This document shows, one piece after another, positions 41,175 through 57,497 of a stretch of 64,000 nt of DNA. This DNA comes from Eledone cirrhosa (lineage: Eukaryota), in NCBI GenBank assembly GCA_964016885.1, contig OZ024743.1, forward strand, positions 14,198,001 through 14,262,000. Direction: 5' to 3'. Below the pieces are notes generated by a model. The model did not search any database. It worked only from the letters and a program-made list of their open reading frames with translations, and had not been told where the DNA came from. A program made the translations under genes and the position numbers. How positions within the stretch are numbered: the stretch's first letter is position 1; every line of letters begins with the position of its first letter.

Positions 41175-41585
41175 ATTGATTTCTAATTTAGGCACAAACC
41201 GGTAAATGTTGGGAAAGGAAAGTATTGGTTAAATCAACCACAGTATCTACGGGTACTTAATCCATAAAACCTTTCATTCATGAAAGGCAATGTTGACTTC
41301 AGCAGGATGTGTACTCTATATGTAAAGAGGCAAACAAACCACAATATTGCATTTTATCGCATATTCTATCAAATTTGCCAATCCACCAAACATTTCACGA
41401 CCTTAATAATGGTTTCTGATTCAGGTACAAGGGCAACAATTTGCGGGGAGAGGGATGTCGATTAAATCGACTGGCATGTTATTTATCGACCTCGGCAAGA
41501 TTTGAACTAAGATTGTAAAAGTGTGTAACCCAATGCGATAAAGCAGATTGTCCGAAGCTCTTCTGATTCGGCCATTCCACCGCAC
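41175..41585 (-). mobile_element. Two degenerate SINE copies
   Basis: atgaaaggcaatgttgac and tcgacctcggcaagatttgaact are reverse complements of the SINE body. Confidence 0.6.
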
Positions 41586-42004
41586 TTTTCCAGGCATTAA
41601 TATTTTCACCTGTATTATTGATTGATGCGTCATTGTAATTAGTCATGTATCATAAAGCCATCAGTAAATATCAATGATATAAATATAGTGCAATTAAATC
41701 AAAACTAACCGTTCTTTTGTAAATATTTCTCGTTTGTCGAGCCAAATGATATCCAAGTTATTATTAGTTATAGATGAATTCCGTAATGATAATAGATATA
41801 TTGTCATTTATAGTAAGGGCTGGTTATTTCGGTTGTTATCGGGGTTCCGGTGGCATACGCTGTGTTTGTTGTGTTGGAAAGACCTAAAATCATTAATTCG
41901 AATATGGATACGGCGCATTTGAAATAGAGTTATGGAATCCAATCTATATTTTTACCTGAAAAAAAATATTTTGGAAAAGTAATGAATGAGTCATTATGTG
42001 GTGT

Positions 42005-42880
42005 TTGCTTCGAAGTTATTCAAACTGATGATTTTGCAATCCTGGGTCAAGCAAAGACCGATGATTATATCAGAACAATAACGGGTAACCTTTCCATGAA
42101 TCCCTAGTCTCCAGTTCTGTTAGAATTGTTTTCCCGGTTTAACATGTGCTTTCAACTAATCCGACCTTCAAAAGCGATTGTTCCTCTTGCAAAGAGAGGG
42201 ATGATTCTCGGTGTTTCCCACCCACGGACTTATCTTTCGTAGATTGCTTTTTTCTTTGTCAGGTTATTTCATATCATTTCACCGAATCCTATTTAGGAAT
42301 CACGAGAAAGCGATTGATTTTTTCCTAAAACGGAGAGATTTGTCTTCTATTTCTAGCATGTCGAGCTTAACCTAACCCTAAGCCTATGTCTAGCCCTAAC
42401 CCTTTCTTTTACCCTAAACCTAACACTAACCAAAACTCTAAACCTAACCCAAACCATAAAACAAATATTAAATCTAACTCTGAACTTAACCGTAACCCTA
42501 AATATAAACGTAACCCTATCACCCACACCAAAAACATTTTCTGGGAAATAGGTCACCAAAAACATGTGCTGGGAAATAGGTCATTTTTGCACTTTTGAAT
42601 ACCTATTAGTTGCAACCACGTGAACAACTAGGGGGAATTTCTCTAACAGAAATGGAGACTGGCGTATTTTTGAAAGAGATCTGCTTCGTGATATTAATAG
42701 CAGTTAAATATTTCCGTTTTCAGGAAAATGAGTCGTTTCTACTTGATTTCGAAGTGAGATACTTTGAAAGAACACGGAATAACCTATAAAAGATAAAAAA
42801 TAACATCCGCCGAAAGAAATCTCCATGTGTGGGGAATTCCGAGGAATCTCAATCCAACCACAATTTGAATACTACGAAAA
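42005..42880. mobile_element. Old inverted-repeat (MITE/fold-back-like) element with a degenerate (CCCTAA)n core
   Basis: agtctccagttctgttaga (42106) vs tctaacagaaatggagact (42642-42660), other IR pairs, and a telomere-like tract at 42368-42520. Confidence 0.5.
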
Positions 42881-45118
42881 AACAGGTGGAGGTTTTTTTT
42901 TTCGAACAGAACTTGGGATGGGTGTTTTAAATTTACCCAATAATGAATGGAAATATGCAGATGCATTTGAAATCTGAATAACACAGATTTCATCAACAAT
43001 GAAACATAACTTACAATAAATGCCAGTAAACTTTCAGTCAGTAAAAAGAAATGAGTTGATTTTCTGAACCTTCTATATCACAGGTTATCAACACATTTCG
43101 GCCAAACGCCCCCTTTTGCCCCACAAAATCACGAAACGCCCCTACCCTATTCAATCATATAGAATTTATATGCTTGAATTTTGTGGTTCGATCTTCTACA
43201 ACATGATTTCATATTCCCGACACTTGATTTACCTAACGTAGTCATGAACAAAATACTAACATTTTCGAAGTACAACCACGCAAACAATAGAAATATGATT
43301 GGAAAAGGAAACACAATACAAAAATTGGCGCAAGTTAGTGATGAGAAATACTTCTATTTTCTTCGAAAAATGCCGTTCTCTGGTTTTGTGAACTAAGATA
43401 CTCACAATAACGTTGAACTACTATTAATCCCGTTAACCTTAAATGATATAACCACTTCTACACCCATTGAATAGAAAATCAATCAAAATAATTGTATCGT
43501 TATTAATGATTAAAAATATATATAATTTTGCCGGTGAATAGAATTTCCTTGAATTGTCGAACAGGATATATGTCCAATCTATCTCAATATAGCATTGGGT
43601 AATACAACAATACTATCTTAAAACAAAATTGAATATCTGCATATAAGGAGTTCATCAAGAGACACTCAGATAATTCTAAATATCCATAGTGTGAATATAA
43701 ACGGGTATATTTTATCAATATGATAGCAAATTAATCTTTCGGGGCTGCGTCTGTTTATTTAATTGTTGCTTACTAATATTAATTTCTTCTAAGCGCTTTA
43801 ATAGAAAATTCTGTTTATATGCTGTAAATATTGATAGGTCCGAATCCTTCGACAATGATAATTATGGGTACAGTACTGGTCGACTGTTTGAACTGTCGAT
43901 CCATTTACCAATTGTCAAATAATGCTTCTTCTTTTGATCAGAGACTATTCCTCACATGAATCATAATTAATACAAGATATAATGAACGTTTAGTCATACG
44001 CAATATAGAATGACATGGAAAGAAATGTATTCACGACACAAGATAAACTTTGTGTAAAAGAAATAGTTTCTATCTGCCTGCACGAAAATATTTCCATGTT
44101 TGCTTTTGCATAATCCAGATCCCCCTATCACTATGGTTAACATTCTTAAGCAGCAGAATAAATGATATATCACACAGATGCAGGCTTTCTGGAGTGCCAA
44201 TCAAATGCCTTCTATGCTCTTTATATGTAAGATTGATGTTCAGTTATCAACAATGCACAAATACGTTTAACGTATTAACATTAGAATCGCCATACCATAG
44301 TGTGCGAATATTTCTTTGAAGCGAGGGCAAAAACTGTTGAAAACAATAATAATTCTATAACTATATAATGAAAAAGAGATGAAATGTATTCATCTAATAC
44401 GTGTGCATAAGCATATATATTTATATCTCATATAAAGGCTTGCTTTGAAATGAAATGTAATCTTTATTTCTTTTCACCAATGATGGCCCTTTTCCGATTC
44501 ATGGTAATCACAGCTCCGGTTCAATGCGAATTTTGGCTTGATGCTAATGAGTCAGGATTTTGATTTTTATACTTTCAGCATGCTACCAATGTCCTGAGGT
44601 ATATTTCCAGTGTTTGTTCAAAGGCAATTTTATATATATTTCAAGGAGACCAAATGTAGTCATATCCTAAATATCTTTACATATCCTACACACAAAATGC
44701 TCCTATATATGTTTTTCAAACATAAAGGGGAATAAAATAGAAAACCATAGACAAGCTATTCACAAAAGATTGCGATTAATTTGACTGTGCCCATACAAAC
44801 ATGAGCAGAGGCAGACACACCATAGGCACTCCCCCATTGATCCAGGGGAAGATCCAGAATTTGAGAGCTTCAAGGAAAGATGAATGTAAAATCACGGAGC
44901 AGATAGGTTCATACTTGGCCTTGAAATGTTTAAAAGCAAATTGGAACTCGGTGGCAGTTGAAATCTTAACCATGAGATATGTAAGAGCTTCAAAAGTTCT
45001 CACAATTCCACACATTAAATATATATATATGAGTATATATATCTATATACCTTGGTGTGTGGGTTTGTGTGTATGTGTCTCTCTTTATATGTATGTACAG
45101 ACACACATGTATATACAT

Positions 45119-45216
<98 letters not shown>

Positions 45217-46349
45217 GTGAGTTACAAATAGAGAGTGCCAGAGGGAAAGGGAACATGTGTGTTCCAGGAGAACTTATGGAGTGATAAAATAACAAATCCG
45301 TGTAAAAGACCTAATAAAATGCCAGGGAAAAAATAGACGTTTTATTTACTGCGTTATTGGATTCAGCAACGGTGTAGTTGAAAAATATACAAAACTGTTT
45401 AATAGAAATCAAAATTAGACATGTGTATTGCAGTTCTACCGCATGGACCAATTTAATTTCCTTTTAGAATTTAGGTGCATGATTGCATAACAGATGTTCA
45501 AATAAACGTTGGAACATTATGCTAGATATACATATATACATTTGGAATTTCTATTGCTTATATATTTTGCAGAAAATATATGATTAAATATACAATAAAA
45601 ACGTATACACATACACACTTACACACACACTCATATATATGCTATTATACGTATACACACACAAACACACACAAAAACACACACACACACACACACACAA
45701 CCCCCCCCCCCCCCCCACACACACAAATATATATATAAACGTATAATATTACCATATTAAAAGCAAGACAAAGTTAATTATAGCACGAGGTAAAAAAAAG
45801 AGTAACAACATGTAAGCAAATGCTTTTAGAGTGTTTATTCAGCTTTTGAAACGCGTAAACATAATTGATTGAAACATATTGAATTATCTAATCTCTCTCT
45901 CTGATCAAATCAAAACGTTTATGATTTCTAACAACGATATAGTAAAAGGCTAATAAAAACGAAACATTCATTTTCATTCTAACTTTTCTTGTTCCTGTAT
46001 TTTGTTTCGTTTGCATATGTGTTTATTTTCATTTTGTTTTTTGCCATTGCACAGTTTACACGTGAACATAAGTGCTGCTACCCATCTATAATGCCTTGTA
46101 TTAAATCTGCCGCTACTCTACATATGATGTTCTTCCTACTCGAATAGTAGGGCTAATAACTACGAGCTACTGAATTATGTTGGAGCCACTATATTGGCTC
46201 TCAATCTACTGAAATCATCATTTGATCCACCCACCACAGAAAGTATTGGGTAACTCTTTAAAAAGACAACAAATATTGTAGTACGCCTTCCAAGATCCAC
46301 ATTTCTCGCCTGTAGAAAGGGGAAGCTGACCCCGGAGATCACCCGCAGA

Positions 46350-46900
46350 TGAGGTACCACTGTTCTATCTCTAAGAAGAGGGAGCCCCGTATCTACAACG
46401 CGTCAACCCTCTCCATTATTCTCTATAGAGCAGAAACGTCGTCCCCCACAAAGAGGATCGACGGCTTTGATAGCAGAGCCCTGAGAACAATCAAGAACAT
46501 CAGATGATGCAAGCACACTACCTTTCCTACAAAGTGATGCATGCGCGCACACATCAGCCCGTAGCGTTCCACCTCATAGCCATCCGCCACAAGCTCTCGT
46601 ACTGCCATGCCCTCCGCCAACCACCAGATCGTCTTGCAAAAGTCCTTCTCTCATTCGGCGGAGCAACTACAGGCTGGAAGAGGCCCTGCAGCCAGCTACG
46701 CACCATGTGGCTGTATGTCATCATGGAAGATCTCCAGAGACTCGACATCTTGTAGTATGAAGTGGGGTTGGCACGAGACCACCGGCGATAGATAGGACTA
46801 GTGGTTCTAGCCAATTCTATGCATGGTGATGCCTCTTGGATCGCTGATTGAAGGCCTAGTCTCAAAGAGCCACAAGACGAAGAAGAAGATGGGATAGTCA
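46350..46900 (+). mobile_element. Degenerate RTE LINE 3' fragment
   Basis: RIYNASTLSIILYRAET..RIDGFDSRALRTI; gaagaaga tail. Confidence 0.7.
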
Positions 46901-47463
46901 AGATTTTATTTAGTTGAGCCCAGGAGAATGAACATTAAGAAATGTATATCGGATATTTTATTCTTGTCCTTACCACTATTCTGCTAATTTCCACCTCATA
47001 CCTAAAGTTGGTAAAGGTACAGACATTGTGAACTAGTGATATGCTAGTTTATGTGATGTTAGAGCTACCGATCTATTACATCACCTTCCATAGGAAGACA
47101 GTATCAACGGCAAGAGAATTTGAGCTGCAGATATTGATACTACAAACATATGTCAATTCGTTTCTATTAACTCATGCGAAGCTACGCCATATTTCTGATC
47201 TAGGCAAAAGTAAGTATACAATAACTATGTTAGATTTTATTTTTATTTCCGTTTACTTCCTCATTCTACTCCTTTAAATCCCTTAGATTGTCATCAACTA
47301 AATCCTCTCACTCAATTATTGAGAGCTTACTGTATAAAGGAAACTATATATCTACTCTCTAAAAGTAATGAATGCATTCACAGCATTGAATATTTGCACT
47401 AAAACAAGCACAGCGTCCATTAATTACTGATTGGGCAGTTTTCTATGGGCTCTCTCGTGTAAG

Positions 47464-47510
<47 letters not shown>

Positions 47511-50500
47511 ACGCGCGCGTGTGTGTGTGTACGCGCGCGCGCGTGTGTGTGTGTGTGTGTGTGTGAGTGTGTGTGTGTGTGTGTGTGTGCGTCTGTGTGT
47601 GTGTGCTTGTGTGTGTTTACTTTTCCCGAGTAGGCAAATTATAATTAGTGTTACACTTTCTTGGAATATACGTGGTTATGATATTTCGTATCAATATGAA
47701 GTAATCGATTGTTTAATAATCCAGATTTCATCAACAACCTCAACATCAACATCAACAACTACATCTAAGTTTGCATTTGTCTCACCTATGTCAGCTACAT
47801 TCAGGTTTGTTTTGATTTATTGTATTATGATAAATATATGGATTTCTTTTCAACCAGAGTGTATTCAAGTCTTCTTTAGCATGGGAGTTTTTATATAGTT
47901 GTATTTGATTTTAATTAATTCCGGAAAATCCGGTAAAGGCGTCGTAACAAACTTGTTCTACGATTCAAGAAGATAATATTATGCAGTCATTCACGTAGGT
48001 GAATGTATATTATTAATAATATTTAACACAGACTACATGAAAACAAAATAATCCGAAACAAAACAGTGATTGTGATGGTAACGCCATTTGATAACATGTA
48101 TATATAGTTTTCTTTTCAAAGCATTTGTCTGATCATTCATTGTTAGGTAAACAATATATTTGATGTATCGAAGGAGTAAAGAATATTGAACTAAACCAAT
48201 AGCAACTAAAAAGATAACATACAATATTAATCGGAAAGAAACAATTTGAATGCAAGAAACAAATTGTATAAATGATAAAACAAATATCGACTATATATGA
48301 CTGATTAAGAAGCACGTGTATAAACTGAAATGCTATCGAAAAAATAGGATCGGAAAGGCAATTTTTGTTTTATATTATATCATTTCATCTTTATTCGATT
48401 CCATGACAAATCATACGATATATATATATATGAGAACGAAAAATCTTATAATCGTTTTGATTATTTGTACTATCTAATAGCTTATTATAATAACAAGTTA
48501 CATAGCAATTGAAAAAGCATAATCGATAATATGAAACCATTCCTATAGACCTCAGAAAAAAAATTAGTGGAATTTGTGATTTCAACTTAAAATTTAAAGT
48601 AACTTCAAAAGTATTCCCACATGGGCTGGTATATTTGATGATTTGGTCATGGACTGGTATATTTGATGATGAAACAAACATGGTAATTTGAGAATAACCT
48701 ATATCAAAATCAAGTATTTATAACGAAATGGGGCTATTGAATCTTTGTATTATGAAAGCTACGACAATTACATACATACGAGGCAATGCATCCATCATAT
48801 GTCTATGTTACGAAAGCTATGTGCGGACGATGTGATATTGTAGCATTGTTTTATTGAGTGTATGAAAGCTAAGTAGGATATTTTAGCTCTATATTATGGA
48901 GTCTATTAAAGGGAGGTACATACGAGGTTATAATGGGTATATCATACCATTGTACTTACGGAGGCTATTATATTTAGGTACATAATATATAACGCGGGGA
49001 TTGTCTCTCTGTATTATGGAGGCTATAAAAGCTAGGTACATACGATATAATAGGGCTAATGTTGCCCAGTATTGGCGAATTTTCATGAATGTAATTAGCG
49101 TTATATATTTGATTCGCTGAAGCAAAAATACCATAATATTCAAGATGCAGTTTTATCACAGAATAATCAATTCTGCTTCCCATGCTACAACATATCATAT
49201 CCACATTCACACACATGTACAGACACGAACATAAAAAAAATATTTTCTATATATATATCGATCCACCAATATATGTATATATATTTTGTATTCTCTTGTA
49301 ATCTATCCCTCCCCCCCTCTCTCTCTTGCCTCTCGCTCTCTATATATAGCGATGGAAATTGAAATGGGAAAAGTTAGATACGTACGTAGACAGATAACAT
49401 TTGGGAAAGCGATACATACATTGATAATTATAAGTAGATCGATATATAGATACGTAGAATTACAGATAATATACTTATATATTACAAACAAGTACAAACC
49501 TGTACATTCAATCTTACATATATATTTTCTATATATGTTATATTTCTTTATTTTCATAGAGATGTGCAAAATGTAATCTTTTAATCTAATAAAGTAAAAT
49601 TCAAAGTAATGTCTGATGCGATTGCATATATAAAATATATAACGAGAAGCTTCCAAGTTAACTTTGGGAATACAGATCCAATTATTTCATATAAATCCCC
49701 GGTAAGAAGTAAACTAAATAATGGGGTAGATAATTACTTTCTGTCTTGATGAAATATTCATTCAACATCCTTGTTTGGTAACCGTTTGTTTCTCTAACGC
49801 TGAGAGAAGATGCACCCTTGGAATGTTTTTCATTTTTCATTATGTATTTTGTGGGAACAAAAATGAGTTACGATAAATGGGCAGGGTTGATAGAGCTGTC
49901 GGTGGTTTTCTTATCTTCTCTTATATAGTTGTTCTACAATAATGCCATAAAAAGTATGGGAAGGGGAATGAAGAGAAGGAATGTGATAAAAAATGTCACG
50001 ATTTATTGCCATTTTTACTTCTTAGAAAGCTCAGTGTATTTATTCATCTTGTGATGTTTACAGGTGAAAACGCATTTCTGAACACGTGTCATTTGCTCAG
50101 AGCATATTTAACTCGACAATAATTTGGTATACAATTGTACTACAGGTTTAATACTCCATGTTTCGATGAGCCCTTTACATATATGATTACCTATACAGTT
50201 GTTCTTTATATGTTTTATTCAATTTAACTTACCCCGATTAATCTTTATAAATCACAATTGCTCAGAAAGATGATGTTTGCGTTTAGGTAGAAACACACTT
50301 CTCCACTACTCAACTACTCCCCTCTCACATTTACATTTAAGCAAAAGGGAAGTCAATTATTTCTGTCTCGAAATCAGCGTTCTCCGTTCCTATAAATTCA
50401 TAAGCTTGATAGATGTATCAGAATTCATCTCAAAACTTCCAATTTAAACTTTGTCTATGACATCAATGTACACAAGTCCTACGTCTCATATACCGGCTGC

Positions 50501-51869
50501 ATTTTCACTCTTAACATAGACGCTCTATTGTATCAACTTGAACTGGCAGCATAAGTGCGCATCAACGCTTAACGCTAAATATAATCACCAGCAAAACTGT
50601 AATTCATGCCTTGTTGAATAAATATATCAGTTTAACTCGTGATATAATAGGAAAAGAGTGTGAATGTTTCGGACTCTAGTCCTTCATTAAATGATATATT
50701 GAGAAATTAAGGATGAAATAGTAAGATATAGGAGGTAACGGAAAAACATTGAGAGAAAATACACATTTGTGCATTCCTTCGGCCACTATAGAGAGATGTT
50801 GATCATTGTGTATATCAGGTGTTAGAGAATTTTAAGAAGATTGGTATTCATTGTTTATTTGGTGTGGACATGTGTATGCGTGTCTGTGCAGAGGTTTGAA
50901 GAAAGGGCATTGAATGGTGACAGGCTGCGTGATGTGAGAGTGTGGAGGTGTGAGAGAGCGTGCGCGCGTGATCTGACCAACGTAGTGAAATATACAAATA
51001 TATATATGATGTTTTGCGTATACACACACGCACACACATACACAGGCATGCACACACACACACGCGCGCATGTGCACACACACACAAACATAGTAGCAGC
51101 TAAAGGCATAGAAAATGAGGAGGTAGTACATATGATTGCTGCTTTTATATTTAATTTCGTGACTTGTTCATAAGAAAAAGATGCTCTTCTGCCAGTACGG
51201 CGATATGTTAGTACAACTGCAAACATCTAAACTACGAATTGTGAAGTAACTACGCGCAGATCCTGTGAAACAACCCTCTCCAACTGATTCGGCTAAATCC
51301 CCAAGTGAGACCCACCAAGCCCATGGAAGTTGTCCAACTATCCTTCTCTGTGACTAGCCCTGAATCCCTTGCCGATTGGTTTTGTCCGTCAAATCTGTCC
51401 AAATATTCTTTCCTGGGACAAACTAAACGCACGCCCAGATTATCGTAGCTGTGTTTTCTCAATTCGGAGAAGTGACTTCTCTCTCTAGAGTCACTATCTG
51501 ATATCCAAGCTACACACTGTAAAGTTACTCCAATAATCATTAGGAGAAAAACACATATCGCTCGCTTTTATCAATTGATACTGAGATGAATATACACGAG
51601 AGTCTATATAAATTTTGCGTTATGAACATTTGTTGGAGATATTTTGTATATAGCAAATAGAAATAGCAACTTGAAATTCAATGCGAATTCGACTGTCTTT
51701 AATTTGCTAACAATCCCTGTTATGCATAAGAGGGCCTTATGCATGATGGGGATGTATATGAAAATATATCCTAGGGAAATACATCGGTTTCGACGATGAG
51801 TGTTTCATATCGGATGTTCAACAAAAGATTTGTTTACACGAAAGAGACACGCAAGTCGGTGGTAAACAT

Positions 51870-52040
51870 TCCACAGACACGTGGAATGTGACAAATTTAG
51901 TCCTTCAAATTACAGGTAACACTCATTTTTCCCATGTTAGTTAACGTGAAGTGAGTGAAATAAAATGCCTTGCTCAAGAATACAACACGCCATCGGCAAT
52001 TGAACTCATGACCTTACGGTCATGTGCCAAATACATTTCA
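51870..52040 (-). mobile_element. Degenerate SINE
   Basis: aaatgccttgctcaagaatacaacacgc..attgaactcatgacc (reverse complement contains a B-box-like GAGTTCAAT). Confidence 0.5.
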
Positions 52041-53410
52041 TCACAGGAAAGCATATACTATATGTTTATATTCAACAAGCATATGAGAGACACGCTATCA
52101 AATAAGAAAATATTTGTTTGGATGAATATGTCTGTGAGAAAATATTTCTGGTAATTTTCAATCTTCTCATCATTATACTTAACATTTATTAGAAATAAAC
52201 GATGGCGAAAGGTACACGGTGTTTAATGTTGGGAATAAAATTATGTAAAGCGGTAGCCGGTGCCAGATATCGAAAATACTGTCTAATTTAACTAAGTCAT
52301 CTGACGTTGTTTAGAATAAAACTCGTTGGTACCTAATATGTATGTAATTGCTTCTATCAATCAATTCCAAGATGCTACACTGACAGTGTAGTTTCAATGT
52401 TTCCTTAAATAAAGTGACATTTTATCCACTCCAATATATTTACAATATAGCAATATACTTCTCAGCAGCTCCTCATTATTTTCGATTTGTTAATTGTCCA
52501 TGTGGCTTTGTGTAAATGTATGTGTATGTGTGCGTATGTGTGTGAGTGTGCTAGTTTGATAGCGGGTGGAAGAGATACTATTATGATGAACATATAGTAA
52601 AAACATAATATATTGGGTCATGAATATTTAGCTGCAAGCAAGACGCTAGTACAATCCAACCGAATATTCAATATTAATTTCAGGAAGAATATACAAAGAA
52701 ATCAAAATAGAACAATGTGACAGAAATGTTAACAAGATTTGTTTTTCAATGATACTGCAATCTAAATCGATCTGAATATAAACAATATTGGAATATATGA
52801 TATATCGGAAAATAGCCAAGAGTTAAAGACAAGCAAACATATTCAATGTTTTATGCAAATACATAGTCATATATACAGAATATTACTACTAATTCATAGC
52901 TGGAGCAAACACCTCAGCATGTTACTGAATATATTCTCTTTCTTTCTCACCACACCCCTATCTATCTACCTATCCATCTCTCTTTCTCTCTCTATCTATA
53001 TGTCTCCTTCTCTCTCTGTTTGTTTTTTTTCCTTGTTTCTTTTTCCCAGTTGTCTCTGTACGACAGTTTATTCAAAAGCTGACAATACAACGCCCGCCAT
53101 CTAACCTCCTCTACTCTTCTTTATCTATGCTTCTATTATTATGCCCCACACTCACGCTTCCTCACGTCTCTACCTTACTTGTCTTTGTCTTCGTAGGATT
53201 GCACTCCAGAGTATTTTTTTTCTGTATTTTACTTTTCTATTTTTAACTTGTTTACCAACACCAATGTGCACTGCAATTGCATATCTTCTTTTTCAATTCG
53301 AGTACATCGGTTTGTAATTTATTACACTGTTTTGTACTCTTATTAGACTGTTTTGTAATCTTAAAATCTCATGCACACTAGAATAACATATCTCATGTCT
53401 AATGCACCCA

Positions 53411-53500
<90 letters not shown>

Positions 53501-53511
53501 AAATATATATA

Positions 53512-53621
<110 letters not shown>

Positions 53622-53691
53622 AATATATATATATGTATATATATACATATATATATATTTATATATGCATATATATATATATGTGTGTAAA

Positions 53692-54066
53692 CGAAACAAT
53701 GAAACGAAATTTCATTTCTCACTCTTAGTACAGCTCTTAATTAAATATAAGTATGTATACGTACATACATATATGTATACAGACGTACAGTAGTATGTAT
53801 ATATATATACATACTGACGATAGCTAATAAGCTTGAAACTAGTAGAGCATTCCTTTGTCAGTGTTGAACAAATGAGCAACGATGGTTGCTAGACACTGTA
53901 CGGCTAAATTCGGGATGTTTGTTTACAAACACACCGAGCATTATAATAAATGTTCGGTGAATCCATACGTACATATATATATATATGTGTGTGCATGTAT
54001 GTATATATATATACATATTACTGTACGTCTGTATACATATATGTATGTACGTATACATACTTATAT
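53692..54066. mobile_element. Fold-back 3'-end insertion with a truncated hammerhead
   Basis: IR ~53745-53814 and ~53997-54066; CTGACGA-TAGC..GCTT-GAA-ACTAGT-A at 53814-53844 lacks its 5' stem I strand. Confidence 0.7.
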
Positions 54067-54083
54067 ATGTATATATGTATATA

Positions 54084-54128
<45 letters not shown>

Positions 54129-54449
54129 ATATATATATATATCAGGCATCAAGTCCTTAGAATTATTAGATAAAACATATACCATTTCATTTCCCAATTA
54201 GCATAATTAACCATATAAAAAATCAATTAGACAAGGCTATAAGAATAAAGGCTCCTATGAAGAAATTTCCGACAAATAACCGAAAGCGACCTCTTCGCGG
54301 TGGCCCCAATAGAGTATTTATCCAAAATTTCAACAGCATGTAGAAACTGATTAAATATCCCGTCAACCATACACAATTAGGTGAAAATTCAAACTTAGAA
54401 GAAATGTGTACATACCGTAATTATATCTCTACCATGGTTTCGTCCGTAT

Positions 54450-55597
<1,148 letters not shown>

Positions 55598-55623
55598 TAT
55601 ATACATATGTTTATATATATATG

Positions 55624-55658
<35 letters not shown>

Positions 55659-55820
55659 TGTTATACTTTGGGAGGGTCATGTTGCCAATAAGAAACACAC
55701 ACACCAGTTGCTTTCACTTCAATTTATTATATATTTATAAATTTATAAATCTACAAATCTACAAATTTATAAATTTCTGGTTGGTTGGTTGGTTCCACAA
55801 CTAGATAGTTGTTTATATAT

Positions 55821-55865
55821 AGTCATAGTCCTTTCGTCACACACTCTGTGACCTCTTCAGTGACT
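55821..55865 (-). ncRNA. Minimal type I hammerhead ribozyme (inverted copy)
   Basis: Reverse complement of 56921-56965. Confidence 0.78.
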
Positions 55866-56920
55866 GGGGATTCCTTTCTTTGTTTCTGTGCCTTACCTTT
55901 CTTCTGTGCTACGCCATTTTGTTTCTGGGTGTGTGTTGTGTGCTCAGTTTGCGCATGCGCCACATCCGGGTGTCTGTGTTCATTTATCTAATTGTTTATT
56001 TATTTACATGTTATTGGTTGGTTGTTTGTTCTATGTGTGTGCGTGTTTTCATTTTGTCCTTAATTTTAAGTTGTGATGTTGCTGTTCCACTCATATTTTC
56101 TATTTAATTTTGGTTGTAATTCTTTTATGTTTATTGCCTCTGTAATTTGTCTAAACATTGCATCTTTTCTGTGTGTAGATTCTATTTCTATTTCTATGTT
56201 CTCTAATTTACCCTTGTGTTATATCTTAGCATGTTGGTAGAGTACATTGCTAGTAACTACAGACTGTAACATTGCTAGTAACTACAGACTGTCCTACTTC
56301 CTCTCCCTGATCATACGCCCCATCATTGAGATGTCCCCAGATGTATGTGACAGCACGGAGGACCTCCTCAGCAGAATCGGCGTGAGTAACCGATCTGGGG
56401 ACCTAACAAACTGCATAATAGGCAGTATGGATGTTGTGTCCCTGTATCCATCTATTGTGCGACAGCTCGTAGTATAGGGGAACGGATAAATGAACACTGG
56501 CGAGACCTTCAAGATAATAAAGAATCATCTGTACTCTACCAACATGCTAAGATAGAACACAGGGGTAAATTAGAGAACATAGAAATAAAAATAGAATCTA
56601 CACACAGAAAAGATGCAATGTTTAGACAAATTACAGAGGCAATAAACATAAAAGAATTACAACCAAAATTAAATAGAAAATATGAGTGGAACAGCAACAT
56701 CACAACTTAAAATTAAGGACAAAATGAAAACACGCACTCACATAGAACAAACAACCAACCAATAACATGTAAATAAATAAACAATTAGATAAATGAACAC
56801 AAACACACACAGACACCCGGATGTGGCGCATGCGGAAACTGAGCACACAACACACACACAGAAACAAAATGGCGTAGGACAGAAGAAAGGAAAGGCACAG
56901 AAACAAAGAAAGGAATCCCC

Positions 56921-56965
56921 AGTCACTGAAGAGGTCACAGAGTGTGTGACGAAAGGACTATGACT
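56921..56965 (+). ncRNA. Minimal type I hammerhead ribozyme
   Basis: AGTCA-CTGAAGA-G-GTCACA(gagtg)TGTGAC-GAA-AGGACT-A-TGACT. Confidence 0.8.
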
Positions 56966-57187
56966 ATATATAAACAACTATCTGGTTGTGGAACCAACCA
57001 ACCAACCAGAAATTTATAAATTTGTAGATTTGTAGATTTATAAATTTATAAATATATAATAAATTGAAGTGAAAGCAACTGGTGCGTGTGTTTCTTATTG
57101 GCAACATGACCCTCCCAAAGTATAACAATATCGGTTTCAACACACGATTTCAGATAAAGAATCTTTCTAAACAAATTCAGAAACGAA

Positions 57188-57388
<201 letters not shown>

Positions 57389-57404
57389 CATATATATCTA
57401 TATC

Positions 57405-57495
<91 letters not shown>

Positions 57496-57497
<2 letters not shown>

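Noticed and set aside
42368-42520. True telomere or fusion site
   Set aside because: Short, highly degenerate and internal to an inverted-repeat element
44801-45220. 139-aa ORF
   Set aside because: Runs into microsatellite; no motif
48750-49060. Spaced repeats resembling a CRISPR array
   Set aside because: Degenerate minisatellite-like units in eukaryotic DNA; no constant repeat and no cas genes
50655-50695. Minus-strand hammerhead-like motif (ttaatga-aggac..gtcc-gaaac)
   Set aside because: Core mutated and stems I/III do not pair
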